Assembly: GCA_051047955.1 (NCBI GenBank)
Contig: JBPGPT010000037.1
Location: 62,001-126,000 of the forward strand
Direction: 5' to 3'
Source of the DNA: Cystobasidiomycetes sp. EMM_F5
Taxonomy: Eukaryota
Length of the DNA stretch: 64,000 nucleotides
Positions within the stretch are counted from its first letter, which is position 1. Every line of letters begins with the position of its first letter. Under the pieces are notes generated by a model, which saw only the letters and a program-made list of their open reading frames with translations, was not told the origin of the DNA and searched no databases. The position numbers and the translations under genes are program-made. Of this stretch, positions 12,886-25,065 are shown one piece after another.

Positions 12886-13696
12886 ATGCCCACATCCCTT
12901 CCACCCACAATCAGACGCATTCTAACAACTCATACTAACGATGGGAAGGCCGTAGTGTAAGCTTCAATACGACGGTAACGTGCAGAACTGACGGACAACC
13001 GTCGCATCACAGCTGGAAGGACGAAGAAGTCGCTCCGCATCCTATCAGGACGAAACTTGGTGGATCACTCAGCAAAGATAGCAATGGCAAGAGCGATGCC
13101 AGTGGAGGCAGCGCTAGGTTTGCTCACATATTCACGACGGACAAGTTTCCATACGATAATGCAGACACTCGGGATTTGGCGACGACAGAAGATAGTTCGA
13201 AATTGAGGTGTGCACCAAATGTACGAGGCAGCGTGCAGAATCTGGCTGATGATGGCGTTGTACCTTCAGCAACGAGACTGGCACTGTGCTTAGAGTCGTC
13301 GACCTTCCTCGTGAGGAGCCATGTCTATGAAACAGCCGTGACGCGCTGAATAGCGTACTGTACTACAACAGCAATGTCCGATTCACCCTTTCACCGTACT
13401 CAATCTTTGGATTACGGGTAGGTGTATTTCAAACAATGAAATAAATGGCAGGCCGCTAAGTCGTTTGAATGAAATTCTTCAGCATTGTCATGGATGGCGA
13501 AGCATGGCTTGTGTTGGATGATGACAAGGAAATCCACATGAAGAGGGGCGACGTTGCAGTGCAGAGAGGCACGATACACGGTTGGAGGAATCATACAGAA
13601 CAATGGAGCCGGATATACTTCATCTTGACGGCTGCCGAGAAACTGGTCATCAATGGACAGGAACTAGGCGATGCGGGATACCACAAGAGGGACTAG
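12886..13696 (+). CDS. Cupin-2 barrel domain protein
   Basis: Spliced IRRILTTHTNDGKAV...SPFHRTQSLDYGIVMDGE...GDVAVQRGTIHGWRN, the pattern of fungal small cupins. Confidence 0.88.
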
Positions 13697-14133
13697 GGAG
13701 GACGAGTAGCCAACATATATGTTGTCTGGTAGATTGGCAATCTCACAAGTGTGGTACTTGCTGCTCCTCTTCTTCTCGCCAATGTCTGCGCACGCCCCCT
13801 TGCCCACTCCTTGCTTTCCGCCGACCCGTCTCAGAGCCGGTGCAACGGTCTCACGAAGATGTCACGCAACGATGATGCAAATTTTCATGCAAGCAGAGTT
13901 GGGGATGGGAAATGCGAAAGTGCTTGAAGCTGCTGTTGCTGGCCTTGAAGCTGAGGCTGCTGACTGCTGACTGCTGACTGCCGCCTCGAGGTGGTCAACG
14001 GTCGGCTCACTGACGCTCGACCCAGACTGGAATGCATGTCTGACGCCCAGCAACGGCAGCGATAGAGGCGCTGGGTCAATTTGACTTGACGGGTCTCCGT
14101 GTAAACAGATCCTGGCGCATCTACATCGTCAGG

Positions 14134-17100
14134 ATGGCTTCGCTGGCAGCCCCAGACGCTTCGACGTACCTCCCGTTCGCTTCGCTGTCCAGTCGAACCT
14201 CGGCCGCTCTCATCGTGCTCGCGGTATGGCATCTGATGCTGGGATCATATCTCGCAATCGCTGGGCGAAGGTACTGGAGGGTGACTTGCGCCATCTGCGC
14301 TGGGTTGGCCGCCGAATGGGTTGCTTGCGCAATTCTGCTCAATATCGTGTACGTCTGATAGACTTTCCACACAAGCAACGTCTGACGGCTGACTTTTTGT
14401 GTTGTTGCAGCGGGCCACAAGGTCTGAATCCCTCCCTATCCTACTCGGCAAACGACCTCTGCTTGATGGCAACCATTCTGTCGGCTTTCCTGGTCTTCGC
14501 CATATTCTCGCTGCTCTTGCCCGTTCGCTGGTATATTGGATGGTGGCCGGGATACTTTGCACTGGGTTTGCTCGGTGGTGCGAGCATCGGAGTGACTGTT
14601 CTGATCTTGCACGGCAACCACCTCCTTATCGAGAGTGAGGCTCGATGGGCCTTGATTGGGGCTCTCGCGATACTCGGCGCTCTAATGGTGATTGTGACAC
14701 GCTTCTGGGGAGCCGTCAGTCTACCCTCCCTGTATGGACTTGCTGAGGCCACTGACTGTACATGCTTCGCCAGCTCGCTTGCTGCTCACTGATCGCAGCT
14801 TGGCTTCTTGCGCTTGGCATTGATTTATTTGTGAACACAGGAAGCGGCGCAGCCTATGGGCTTCGTATCCTGCTGGACAGGCAGTCCTCTCATCGCGCAA
14901 GTCTGGATGTACCGGGCTATCAACCACCTCTCAGTACGCAGCTCATCTTTGGACTCAGCGTATGTGTAGTTCTTTCACAGTCTGAGACCAACAACACTAA
15001 TTTCCAGTCAAATATCATCTGACTTGCAGTGGGCGTTGGCCTTGATCCTGATAGGCGCGCAATGGCTTGTCTGGCGAGACCGTCCCTTCCTGCGTCCGCC
15101 TACTACCGGCAAAGCACTAGAGATCAAACGCAAATCACACGAAGGGGTCGGTGGGCGGTTAAGGGATGGCATACTCTCCGTGCTATTGTGCAGTCGTCAA
15201 CGGCAACGAAACAGCGACAGCTCGTGGCCAGACAGCACCGACCGAGAGATGTTGCAGACTCAGCACTCTATGACCGCAGGCAACTTGAATGACGCCTCGG
15301 ATTTGTCCTCGCCTCGCGCACCCTTCCTAAGTACCGAATTCGCAAATCACGTCCGAGACCGTTCCGGTGCCACTGGCCGATTGTCTGTGCCATCTACAGC
15401 CCGCTCTCCATCATTATCTGGATCAACGAGCACGGAGGCTCCGACAGAGAGGGATTTGAGAAGGCTTACTGCCGATTATTCGAGAGCGCTAGCAGCGCTC
15501 GAAGCCGGTCAGCTCGCTAGAGGCGATAGTATGCTATCTACACGTCAAGACACGAACAATTCATCTCGGCAGCCATCATACAGTCACCTACCTCAGCATG
15601 ACCTGTCGAATGTCCGTCAAGATGGCATACATAGTCGTACATCAGACGGCGCAATCGTACCCTTCTACTATAAAGCCAACGAGACCCCTGTCCATCCCGC
15701 CCTTGCTCAGCGTAACCAGGATTCATCACCAAGACGACCTTTGCCGATTCTTCCGCCAGCTGTTCTTGCGGAGCGGCGAGATTCGGACGCCAGGATCGGC
15801 GGATTCGTGGACCCAACCGCCAAGAAGAACGTCAGTCATGCAGCATTGGCCGATAGCCAGCCAAGAGTCTTCACAATTGAGCCAGAAGAGTACTTGCAGG
15901 ACGACGATCACAATGCTCGCTCGCAACCGAACGATAGCTATTTGAGTATGCGCAGCCCAGCCGAAAGACGTCTCAGCGGGCAACATCAACAGCCAGGACG
16001 GTTGCTGGCTCCTCGACTCCCGCAGCGACATGACTCTGACCGCGGCACAACATACAGTGTACCGCTCACAAACATCACTCACTCCGAGTATGCAGAACGA
16101 GAGCAATTTCGACCTCCGAGCTGGACTGGTGATCTTCCGTGCGTTTTCATCATCTCACGTAGCAAGGCTCGAAGAGCACTAATGATCATATGCCTTTGTA
16201 GCTGGAATCCATCAATGCTGCGAGGTCCGCTAGATCCACGCACCCTGCCTTCACATCCGGAAGACACACCTCCTGCAGACATCCGGCGACCTCTGCAGCT
16301 GCCGCATGATGCTAATCCACCAGCTCAAGGCAAGTAGGACTGGGTCGCTAAATTGCCCAAACTGCTGATTGACATGTCGTTTGACAGAGGTAGTGCACGT
16401 CAGGCACTATTCCGTGCCGCAAGCAGACGCTGTGCCCGTGCCTATGCAAGCGCTACAGCCTGCCGGACTACTCGTGAGCGATACGTACGACTCTCGACCC
16501 TGTGAAGATCCAAAAGCGGACGAACCCTATCTGACACCGCCGGAAAGAAGTCGAAAACTTACGAAGCTTGCTACCCCTACTAGTTCTTTTGGTTCGCTAC
16601 CCTCTCCTCGGTCTCTCGGTGGTGGCCGCAGCAAGATCCCGCGTACCAGCCGCACAACAGCACGAGATGCTAGTCTCTTTCCGGACGATGACGACTTACC
16701 GGATGAGGCTGAGCAGTCAAGCGCTGAGAGCCACTCGCAGTCTTATCACGGGCCCGTTCCCTCTGGCTTCGATCACCGAGGCGGTTCTTTCGACGAGCAT
16801 GCTCGTTCCCAAAGTTGGTCCAACTCATCTCACACGGCACATCCTGCAGCTTTTGCTGTGGTTCCACCAGAGATGCGGAGCGATGACAGCCTTCGTCCCG
16901 ATAGACGCTACAACGTCCATCCTTTGCATCCCGAGAACAAGGCCTCCTTCGAAGCGCAATTGCCCATACGCGATCTCCCAATTCCTCAAAGACCTGGAGT
17001 AGTTCACCGCCATTCGCTGCCTGTGTCGAATAAAGCCAGTATAGTCGGCACACCTGACGAAAGTCCCGGCGAGGGAAGCAATCCGCTGGACAGGATTAAG

Positions 17101-17445
17101 AAAGTTGCGGAAGGCGGCTCAACCCCGGGAGACGGTCCTGATTCCATACACGAACAAGCGAACATGGACGTGGCAGCAGCTGTTGCTGCTGGCCTGGTCC
17201 CACCTGCTCCAAAGTCGCCTAATGCAGTCGCTCAAGCTCTCACTCGAACTGCCTCTCAGCCAGCAGGCGAAGTTGTGCCCCAGCCAACGCCGACGAGTAG
17301 ACCTGAGAGAAGTAAAGTACGCTTCTTTGACGCTGTTACCGGCAGATCGAATAGCAATACTGCAAACGCAGTCTCGGCGCCTCGGACGAAGAGTTTCCGG
17401 GACCGTATGCGCCGGAGTGCGAGCACCAGCAACACGAATACATAG
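14134..17445 (+). CDS. DUF4203 (TM7S3/TMEM198-like) multi-pass membrane protein with a long disordered C-terminal tail
   Basis: About 6-7 hydrophobic helices (GSYLAIAGRRYWR, ALGLLGGASIG, LALGIDLFVNTG) followed by roughly 750 aa of S/P-rich sequence. Includes a GC-AG intron at 16330-16387. Confidence 0.65.
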
Positions 17446-17635
17446 ATCGTGTAGGATCGCTTACCCAGGCTGAAGAGCTCCTCCACACCCGCCATTACAT
17501 GATAGATACTTCATTAATATATAAACACGCACTTTCGTTATTCCGGATTGACGATGGTAATTGTAACGACAGGTGACGAAGCGCTATGCTACATATTTAG
17601 ATCACTATGGACTATAGATTACTGCAGGCTACTGA

Positions 17636-20298
17636 TTACACAAGCTGATCGCTATGCTCGGGTATGCTGCTATCGTCCCATGCAAACGCATCATACGCAT
17701 CCTGCCGCTTCGTCTTGCCGGTATCGAGATCAATGTTGAAACAGACGAATGTAGCATCGACTCCGTCAGCCAAAACATCGCCGGCGAATCTGCTAGTCCA
17801 GTAAGGCACGACTGCGCAAATCACTGCGACCAAGATCGGACTCATGGCCTGAATTTTGCCAATCTCGCCAGGCGTTTCTGATGTATCGTCGTAGTGTTGG
17901 CCAAATGCGACGCTTAGATAGCCGACGAGACCGCAAATGACAGCCATCGAGACTGAGAAACCGTAGAGTATGCTCCGAACGACCATCTCTTTAGACGTTG
18001 ATGTAAGCTTACTATCTGCTGTTTGGTGAAGATCAGGTACTCACGGTCGACAATTGCATCTGTTCCATTGCGGACATGCACGAGCTGATGAAACTCGGCT
18101 ACGCTCTGTTGAAAGTTATCGCCAGTGACTCCTGAATACGTGATGCCGTAATCAGTCGTACTCTGGATCATGGATGCAAGGAGAGTCATGAGTGGCAGGA
18201 TGAGCAAGTTCAAGATTAAGCGGGCGACCGATATGGCGAATCGTCCAGGCCTTCCAGAGTTACTGAATCGCCTCACGCGTATCAAGATCGCATTCAGCAC
18301 CCAGAGTAGCGCAGTAACGGTGTTTGTGATGGCGAGCAGCAGTGATCCGGCACAGATGGAGCCCAAGGATGGCCCACACGCGCGTCTGACGGCGGCTTGT
18401 ACGCGCTCGGCTGCAATAAAATGCGGGACGTCATACTCTTTCTCATTATCTTGATCATCGTGGCTATCTCTGGCAAGAGACTCGGGTTTCTCGCTGAACC
18501 ATGCATCAGCGAAAGTGCCTGCAATGATATGACGAAGCGCTCCTCGCAACGCAGCCACAGTCCAGAAATATGTGAAGATGGCGTGCACTATGAGCAGTAC
18601 CGCACCTGACGACGGAACGAGCGCGTCTAGGGCTAGCTTAGGAGTCTGCGATTGTTGTAGTTTGACTAGATGACCATGCAGCAGTAGACGGACCATTGTC
18701 AAGACCGACGCGGCCCCGACAATGGCTGACGTAAAAAGCATGATAGCGCTGACCAGAAACAAGAGCGGATGTCCTGCTGTTATCTTGATTGCGACGCTCA
18801 GAATGCGCGCTGAGCGCTCAATCCTCGAAGAAGCGAAAGATTGCCAAAATGCGCGGAGAGACAGCATCGAGACGCCGAAGAAAATGAGCGAAAGCAAGCG
18901 AAGGAGGGTGGCGGAAACGGTGGATGTACTACTGATGTCGTCCAATGATGAATCAGCCGAGAAAGAAGAGGCGAAAGCCCACCCGCTCGCAACGAAAAGC
19001 AGGAATGGCGGAACCGCTGCCATAAGCTGCATCATTCGTCGAAGAGCCGAGGTTGTGATGAGACTGGATGCTAGAATGTATGCAACAAAACTGCCGGGAA
19101 ACAAACAGCTAACGAGAACGAGTCCGGTGATTAGGGGTATAGAGCGGGCAAGAGCCAGCGACGGCGAAAGTATAGTTACACCTGCAGGAATTGACAAGTG
19201 TGACGTGGAAGAGTAAAAGAACGCCCATATTGCCACAAGTATCGCAAAAAGCAGATTGCTAAGGAAGGCAGCTAACCAGAGAGGATCACGCGGGCTCGGA
19301 TCTTCAAGCTGATCTGCTATGTCGGCCGTCGAAGGAAGTGACCCCGGCATAATGTTCTCCCTCGCTAGAGCTAGCCTTCGATAGTGTAGGGTTGGCATAG
19401 GATACCGATTGGAACCACCAGCGTGATTTATGCGAAAACGGGTGGGGTGTTCGGTGTCTGTGTAAATCTGGCTTGACGACTCGGTCGATGAGCCAACATG
19501 CACAACCCGAGCCAGCTTTTCCGGCAGCCAAATTCCTGGAGCTCTGCCTGTAATGTGGTCGTCGACACCGTCGGCTTTGTCTGCCGTTAGGAAGTCCGGC
19601 GGCTCATGCTCATCCCCCAGCCTGATCGTGTCTTGAAGGGGTAGCGTAGGCTGACCTTCTGGGGTCGGTGTGCCCATCGCTCTTTGCTTGCCTTTCAGTA
19701 ACGCCCGTGCTTGTACTCCTGCATGCAGAAAAACACTCGAGTATATGCTCTCTGCCTGTTCGTAGAAGTCATTGATGACGGATTGCTGTATCGGCGGCAG
19801 AGTCGAAGTCGCATGCATTCTCCAGCCCTTCTTTGTGGTTTGGGCACGCGTAGATGTCCCGCGACTGCTGCTTGCGACGCTGCGGGATGACGCAGGCTGT
19901 GGCCTAAACGGGTCATTCGAAGTGGATGTCGACGCAACTTCCTCGTCTTCGGACTGAGGGGCGCTGGACTGCCGTCCTAGACCGTAGTGGTCATCCTCAA
20001 TTGCGCTTGCAGGCTCCTCGTCGTTTTCGTCGTCCAGTCCGATACTTCTGCCGTGGTGTTCAGGCCCATAGCCAAAGCCGGACACGCGGTCTCGCACAGA
20101 GAGGGCCGACTGCGGGAGTACAGCGGCGCTGTCCTCGTCGAGCACTGCTTCCCCGTCTATGGTGCTGAAGAACAGCGGTGCTGCCTGGTCTCTGGTGTGG
20201 CCTGCAGAGGCGCCAAACGGCGCAAACGAGTCTTGGAGGAACCGCGAAGCATACGATGAAGCCGCAGCGAAGGGTCTGTTTGTATTCTGCCCGGCCAT
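17636..20298 (-). CDS. Plasma-membrane choline transporter-like (CTL/PNS1 family) protein
   Basis: Disordered N-terminus then about 10 TM helices. GPSLGSICAGSLLL, YSGVTGDNF, and DGVDATFVCFNID fit the CTL family. One intron near 17990-18045. Confidence 0.78.
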
Positions 20299-20544
20299 TG
20301 TTGCAGAAATATCGTCAACTTGGTGTGAACATGTACATGTTTGATGGATAGGGCAAGCGGCGAGCGTCACGATAAGGCTGAAATGATGCTGTGGCGCGAA
20401 ACTCGGGTCGCGACGCTCGTCTTTGTTACAAATACGAGTACAACACTGGTCTGCGGGACGACTGACAAACATCGTTTACACTAAGTCACTGCTTGCGCCT
20501 AAAGATTGAAAATGATGTTTACACGATAGATCATGATGAGGAGA

Positions 20545-22076
20545 TCAAGCCAGATTGACCCGCAGGTAGTAGAGAAGCATCTGGGCGTAAAGAACCAGAC
20601 CAACGCCTTGCGGATGAACGAAATCCGTGACTGCAAAAGAAAGGTTCCTTTAGTATGCTTCGGCAAGAGAACGTCGCAAGGAGATTGCCTACAATCGCCG
20701 GTATACGCTTGTGTGACTTTGGCCAGGTCGAAGACGGTAAAGGCGGGAACTGCAGGTAGAGATGCGTTATAGGTTGCTTTTCCTGCCTCCTGTGCCAGCG
20801 ATTGCGTTAGGGCATTGATTTGCCAGATCTTGCTCGTAGCCATTGGCACGCGTAGCGTTTTCGCATACGGTTTCCCAGACGGAGGTAGCGGCAAGTGTTC
20901 CAAGAACCAATCTCCCGCAGTCTGCGCTAATACATTATGTATTGTTCGGTACATGATCTTGCTCGCCGGCCATGTCGCCTTGATGGATGTAAGAAGATCT
21001 ATGGTCCTTGAACGTAGTGTCGAAATCGTATCGAGAGTCAGTACTTCTGCGTTTGGCGCATTGGCACGGACATCTCGTATATTGGAGGTCGCAAGGTCCC
21101 AAAGTCTGGTGGTATCGATTGCCTTAGTCAGGTTTCGCTTAGATATTTCACATGAATAGCCTACCCAGAGTGCGTGATAACGAGGTCTGGCTCCGGCTCC
21201 CCTCTTCTAGCCAACAGTTGGCTGAACAGCCGCAACTTGTCCTCGACGCGTCTGGGTGACCTCGTCTGATCCTGTAGACATGTACGCTAAGCCGCCATTC
21301 ATACTCTTCATAACTTGACTGGACCTTACCTTGAAGCTCCATTCCTCGTCATCTTTGGTCAGAACCCCGTAAAACATGACCGACCATATCTTGAGACCGC
21401 CCAAGTGTTCCGGCAGTGTGCACAGATGTGGTTCTGAGAACTCATCATAGTAGCTGTCGGGACTCGTAATCGGCGATAAGTCTGCAGGTGCCACGTGAAG
21501 CGCGTTGTAGGTGAGTTCGGAAGAGGGCAAGAAGTCCTGGCAGAGGTGATCCACGAAGAAGCGGTCCACGCTATCTCCCAGAAGAACAACAGTCTTGTTG
21601 GTGAGATGATCGAATTTGACTGCCCTCTGTAAAGCTTGCAGGTCGTCCCAGCCGTCCCCTAACTGAAGGGTTGATTCGAGACCGGTTTGTTTGCGACTCT
21701 GTACATCGACCGCATTGTCCATTGAAAGGAAGCGGGCAGATTCATACTTTCGGACAGAGTCCTTCTTGACGACAATCGTCCCTGGTTGGGCATAGTAATC
21801 CGGTCGTTGCACAGTGCCGATGACGGCAGGCTCAGAGGAGCGAAGAGGCAGGTGCCAGCTTTCCCGTGCAAAAGAGCCGATCGTCATTACTAGGGCTGTG
21901 ATGACGATGAAGCTTGTACTCCGCAGAGCCCGGCTCGCGCCCACAACTGGCGTATTGACGGCATTGCCAGGAGAGAGGTTTGATGGTTTCGGCGATACAG
22001 GTGAGTAGCCAGCGTTTGAAGAGCGAGCAGCCGGCCAGGGCAGTGCTAAACGACGACTCTCGCGTCCGTGACTCAT
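20545..22076 (-). CDS. SGNH/PC-esterase-like type II membrane protein (CAP64/CAS3-like), paralog A
   Basis: NKTVVLLGDSVDRFFVDHLC, PDLVITHSGLWDL, spliced YTGDFTDFVHP (DxxH). N-terminal TM anchor. 3 introns. Confidence 0.75.
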
Positions 22077-22264
22077 AGCTGTATTACCCTGATGATCAGT
22101 GAAGCGGGATTTGTTGTGTTTTGTAGCAGACTCCAGGTGCAAGTTCAGCAGGATGTTTTGCGGGAGAAGGCGAGTAGAAATACAGCAGCTCGCCGCGTAG
22201 CTTGAGCTTCCACCCGGCTCACTTTGCACAACAATCTTGGTCGAGGAATGTGTGCAAAACATGT

Positions 22265-22561
22265 ACGCGTCAGTAATTAGTCTGCAAGCCTTCACAGATT
22301 GTTTGCAGCGTCGTCGCGCAAACAACGCGTCCGCGCGCTTCGAGCAAAGGGGGTGGCAAATATCTCTATCCTCCTCAAAGTGACAGAAATTGGAGAAAGC
22401 TTAGCTGAACGCGTGTGGACGAGGTTATATTGTCAAAAACTTCCATGTAGCTTGTCGGTATGGAGTGAACCCACCGACCGACCGAAGAGCCAAGAGAATG
22501 CGAGCTGCCGAAATATTTCGCAAAGCGGATCAAGGCGACGCAACATCATAGCAAGACGCGT
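22265..22561. promoter_or_regulatory. Cluster of four ACGCGT (MCB-like) elements upstream of paralog A
   Basis: ACGCGT at 22265, 22325, 22409 and 22556. Confidence 0.5.
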
Positions 22562-22716
22562 CACGAAGTCGTTTACGTGTCTGGTAAATACGTTCCGCTG
22601 CTAAACCAGTATCGCAAGCTGGTTCCGCTGTCTGGAAACACCGGATGCGCACAAGATTTCGACCGGCGACAGCAGACGCCTCCTGCGGGGATTGGCAATT
22701 GTCTGTCAAAATGTAG

Positions 22717-24228
22717 TTACTGGAAGTTGACCTTCAGGTAGTACAGCAGCATTTGGGCATAAAGAGCTAAGCCAGTGTCTCTCAGATGGACGTAGTCGAT
22801 GACTGGATGGATGGAATTAGCGGCAATGTTCCCAATTACAAAACTGCAGCCCACATACAGTCACCTGTATAGCCCTGAGTCACCTTGGCTACGTCAAAGA
22901 GCCCGAATCGAGGTATCGCAGGTTGTGAAGCATTTCTGGGTCGCGTTTCCTGTTCCTGAAACAGCGACTGTATGACTGCATTGATTTGCCAGACTTTACT
23001 CGTAGCCATGGGTACGCGAGGCGTGTTGGCATATGGTTTTCCAGACGGAGGCAAGGGAATACCACGCATAAACCAATCTCCTACGGTCGCTTTCACTGCG
23101 TGCGTTGTGCGGTACATGAGCCTGCAGCGAGGCCATGTCAAATGAACAGCCGCAAGAAGGTCTATCGTTCTTGAGCGGATCGTGAGGACGGTTTCCAAAG
23201 TCAAAATCTCCGCAGCTGGGGCATTGGCTCTTACGTCGCGAATGTTCGTTGTGGCAAGATCCCATAAACTGCATGTCATGACAGTATCAGCAAATTGAAG
23301 CAGCACATAATATCTACCACTCGCCCTGAATGCGTTATGACTAGATCCGGCGGTCGCATACCGCCTTTGGCCAGCGCTTCACTGAATAATTTCAATTTGT
23401 CCTCTACTCGCCTAGGTGACTTTGTTTGATCCTGAGAGCAGCGAGAGGAGCATCAGTATACATCCGCTGTGTATTGTCTACTTGTGATTATGCTACACGA
23501 CCGACCTTGAAAGCCCATTCGTTGTCGTCTTCGGTCATGACGCCATAAAACATCAATGACCAGATCTTGGCTGCACCCAGCTGGTCCGGAAGAATGCAGA
23601 GGTGCGGCTCGGAGAACTCGTCGAAATGGCTGTTAGGATTCTTGATTTGCGACAAATCAGCGGGGGGGATGTGAAGCGCGTGATAGCTGAGTCGAGAGCC
23701 AGGCAGCAATTGCTGACAGAGATGATCCACAAAGTACCTGTCCACGCTATCTCCAAGTAGGAGGACAGTTTTGTTGACGAGATGACCGAGCTTCTGTCCG
23801 TTCCGCATCGCTTGTAGATCAATCCAGCCGTCTCCCAAATCGAGTGACGGGTTCAGCGCGGACTGGCCGCGATCCAAGATATCGGCTGCTCTAGCCATCG
23901 AGACGTATCGTGCAGCTTCATGCTTCTTCACATTTGAACCTCTTTGTATGACTAAAGTTCCTGGTTCTCCGTAATAGTCGGCTTTTGGTGCTAAATTCAA
24001 GTCGGTTCCAGAGTATGGACGACCGTGCAAGGCTTGCCGAGCTAGTGCACTGACAGAGATGAGCAGCGCTGTAATGAGCACGAATCTGATGCCTCGACTT
24101 CCACGAGCAGCAGCGTTGAGTACGCCAGGAGAGGATGGGCTTTTTTGGGATACTGCTGCATATCCTTCATCTGAGTTTCGAGACGCCTGCCATGGCAGAG
24201 CCCATTGATGGCGTTTGCCGTAGTCCAT
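22717..24228 (-). CDS. SGNH/PC-esterase-like type II membrane protein (CAP64/CAS3-like), paralog B
   Basis: NKTVLLLGDSVDRYFVDHLC, SLWDLA, spliced YTGDFIDYVHL...LYAQMLLYYLKVNFQ*. Same three intron positions as paralog A. Confidence 0.75.
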
Positions 24229-25065
24229 ATCAGCTGACGAGTTGGGCGATACGACGGCACCTGCGATTGCATCAACACGAACGGCGACCACGTTCAAAGA
24301 ATCACACCTCAACGGACTGCACGAACACCCTTGGCGACGCTGCCAAATATCTCAACGTCAATGGAGCCAACCTTTCGTAAGCTCCGTCTCGGCGTTCCTG
24401 GTTGTGGGAGAAGCTCGTCACGTCCAACGGGACACGCCGACCCACAGCACGACGAAGACGCATCTTTTGGTTTCAGCTCGCAAAAGTCCCATTGCTTCTC
24501 CAGTCAGCTTGAAAGGGTCAGCTCAATAATGGAGATCTGCCGACATGTGTGGAGACGGCGAGGGTTTGCGAGGCAGCTTCGGCATAATCAAGTCTGAAGT
24601 TGACATACACAGCGGCACGCTCACAGGTTTCTCATGATGTCTTTGCACGCACTGTCAGAATTGGACATCCATCGCTCTCGCTTGAGATATTGGGTTGGTT
24701 GCTTGGCAACGCCACTGCCCAAACAAACAGCCAAAACAGCCATGTAAAACAGTGGATTGGAAAAATACCGTTTCTGTCTCATACGATTGTCAAGGCGTGC
24801 TTTGACGTAGGTAATTTTGAATCTGCTAGTAGAATGCAGGGCATCAAGCGGAGTTTGTCTTCCGACTTCGAGAGTACTTTGGGCTGACTTTCTTGTCGCA
24901 ACCGATTGTCACAGCTCGCATGATTCGCCAAATTTCAGATGTTTCAGCTCGAGTTATCAATACACGCGAATCGGATCTCCTCTCTCAGCATTGCGAACCC
25001 TCGACAGAGCACACTGGACTGCATTGATTCTTCGTAACTTCTAGTGTAGTTTGGTTCCTTCACGC

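Noticed and set aside
13958..13981. (TGCTGAC)3 repeat; also (GATAT)n near 38824, (AT)n near 6619 and GTATG repeats near 59769
   Set aside because: Short simple repeats compatible with slippage; no spacers, so not CRISPR-like, and no function is supportable.
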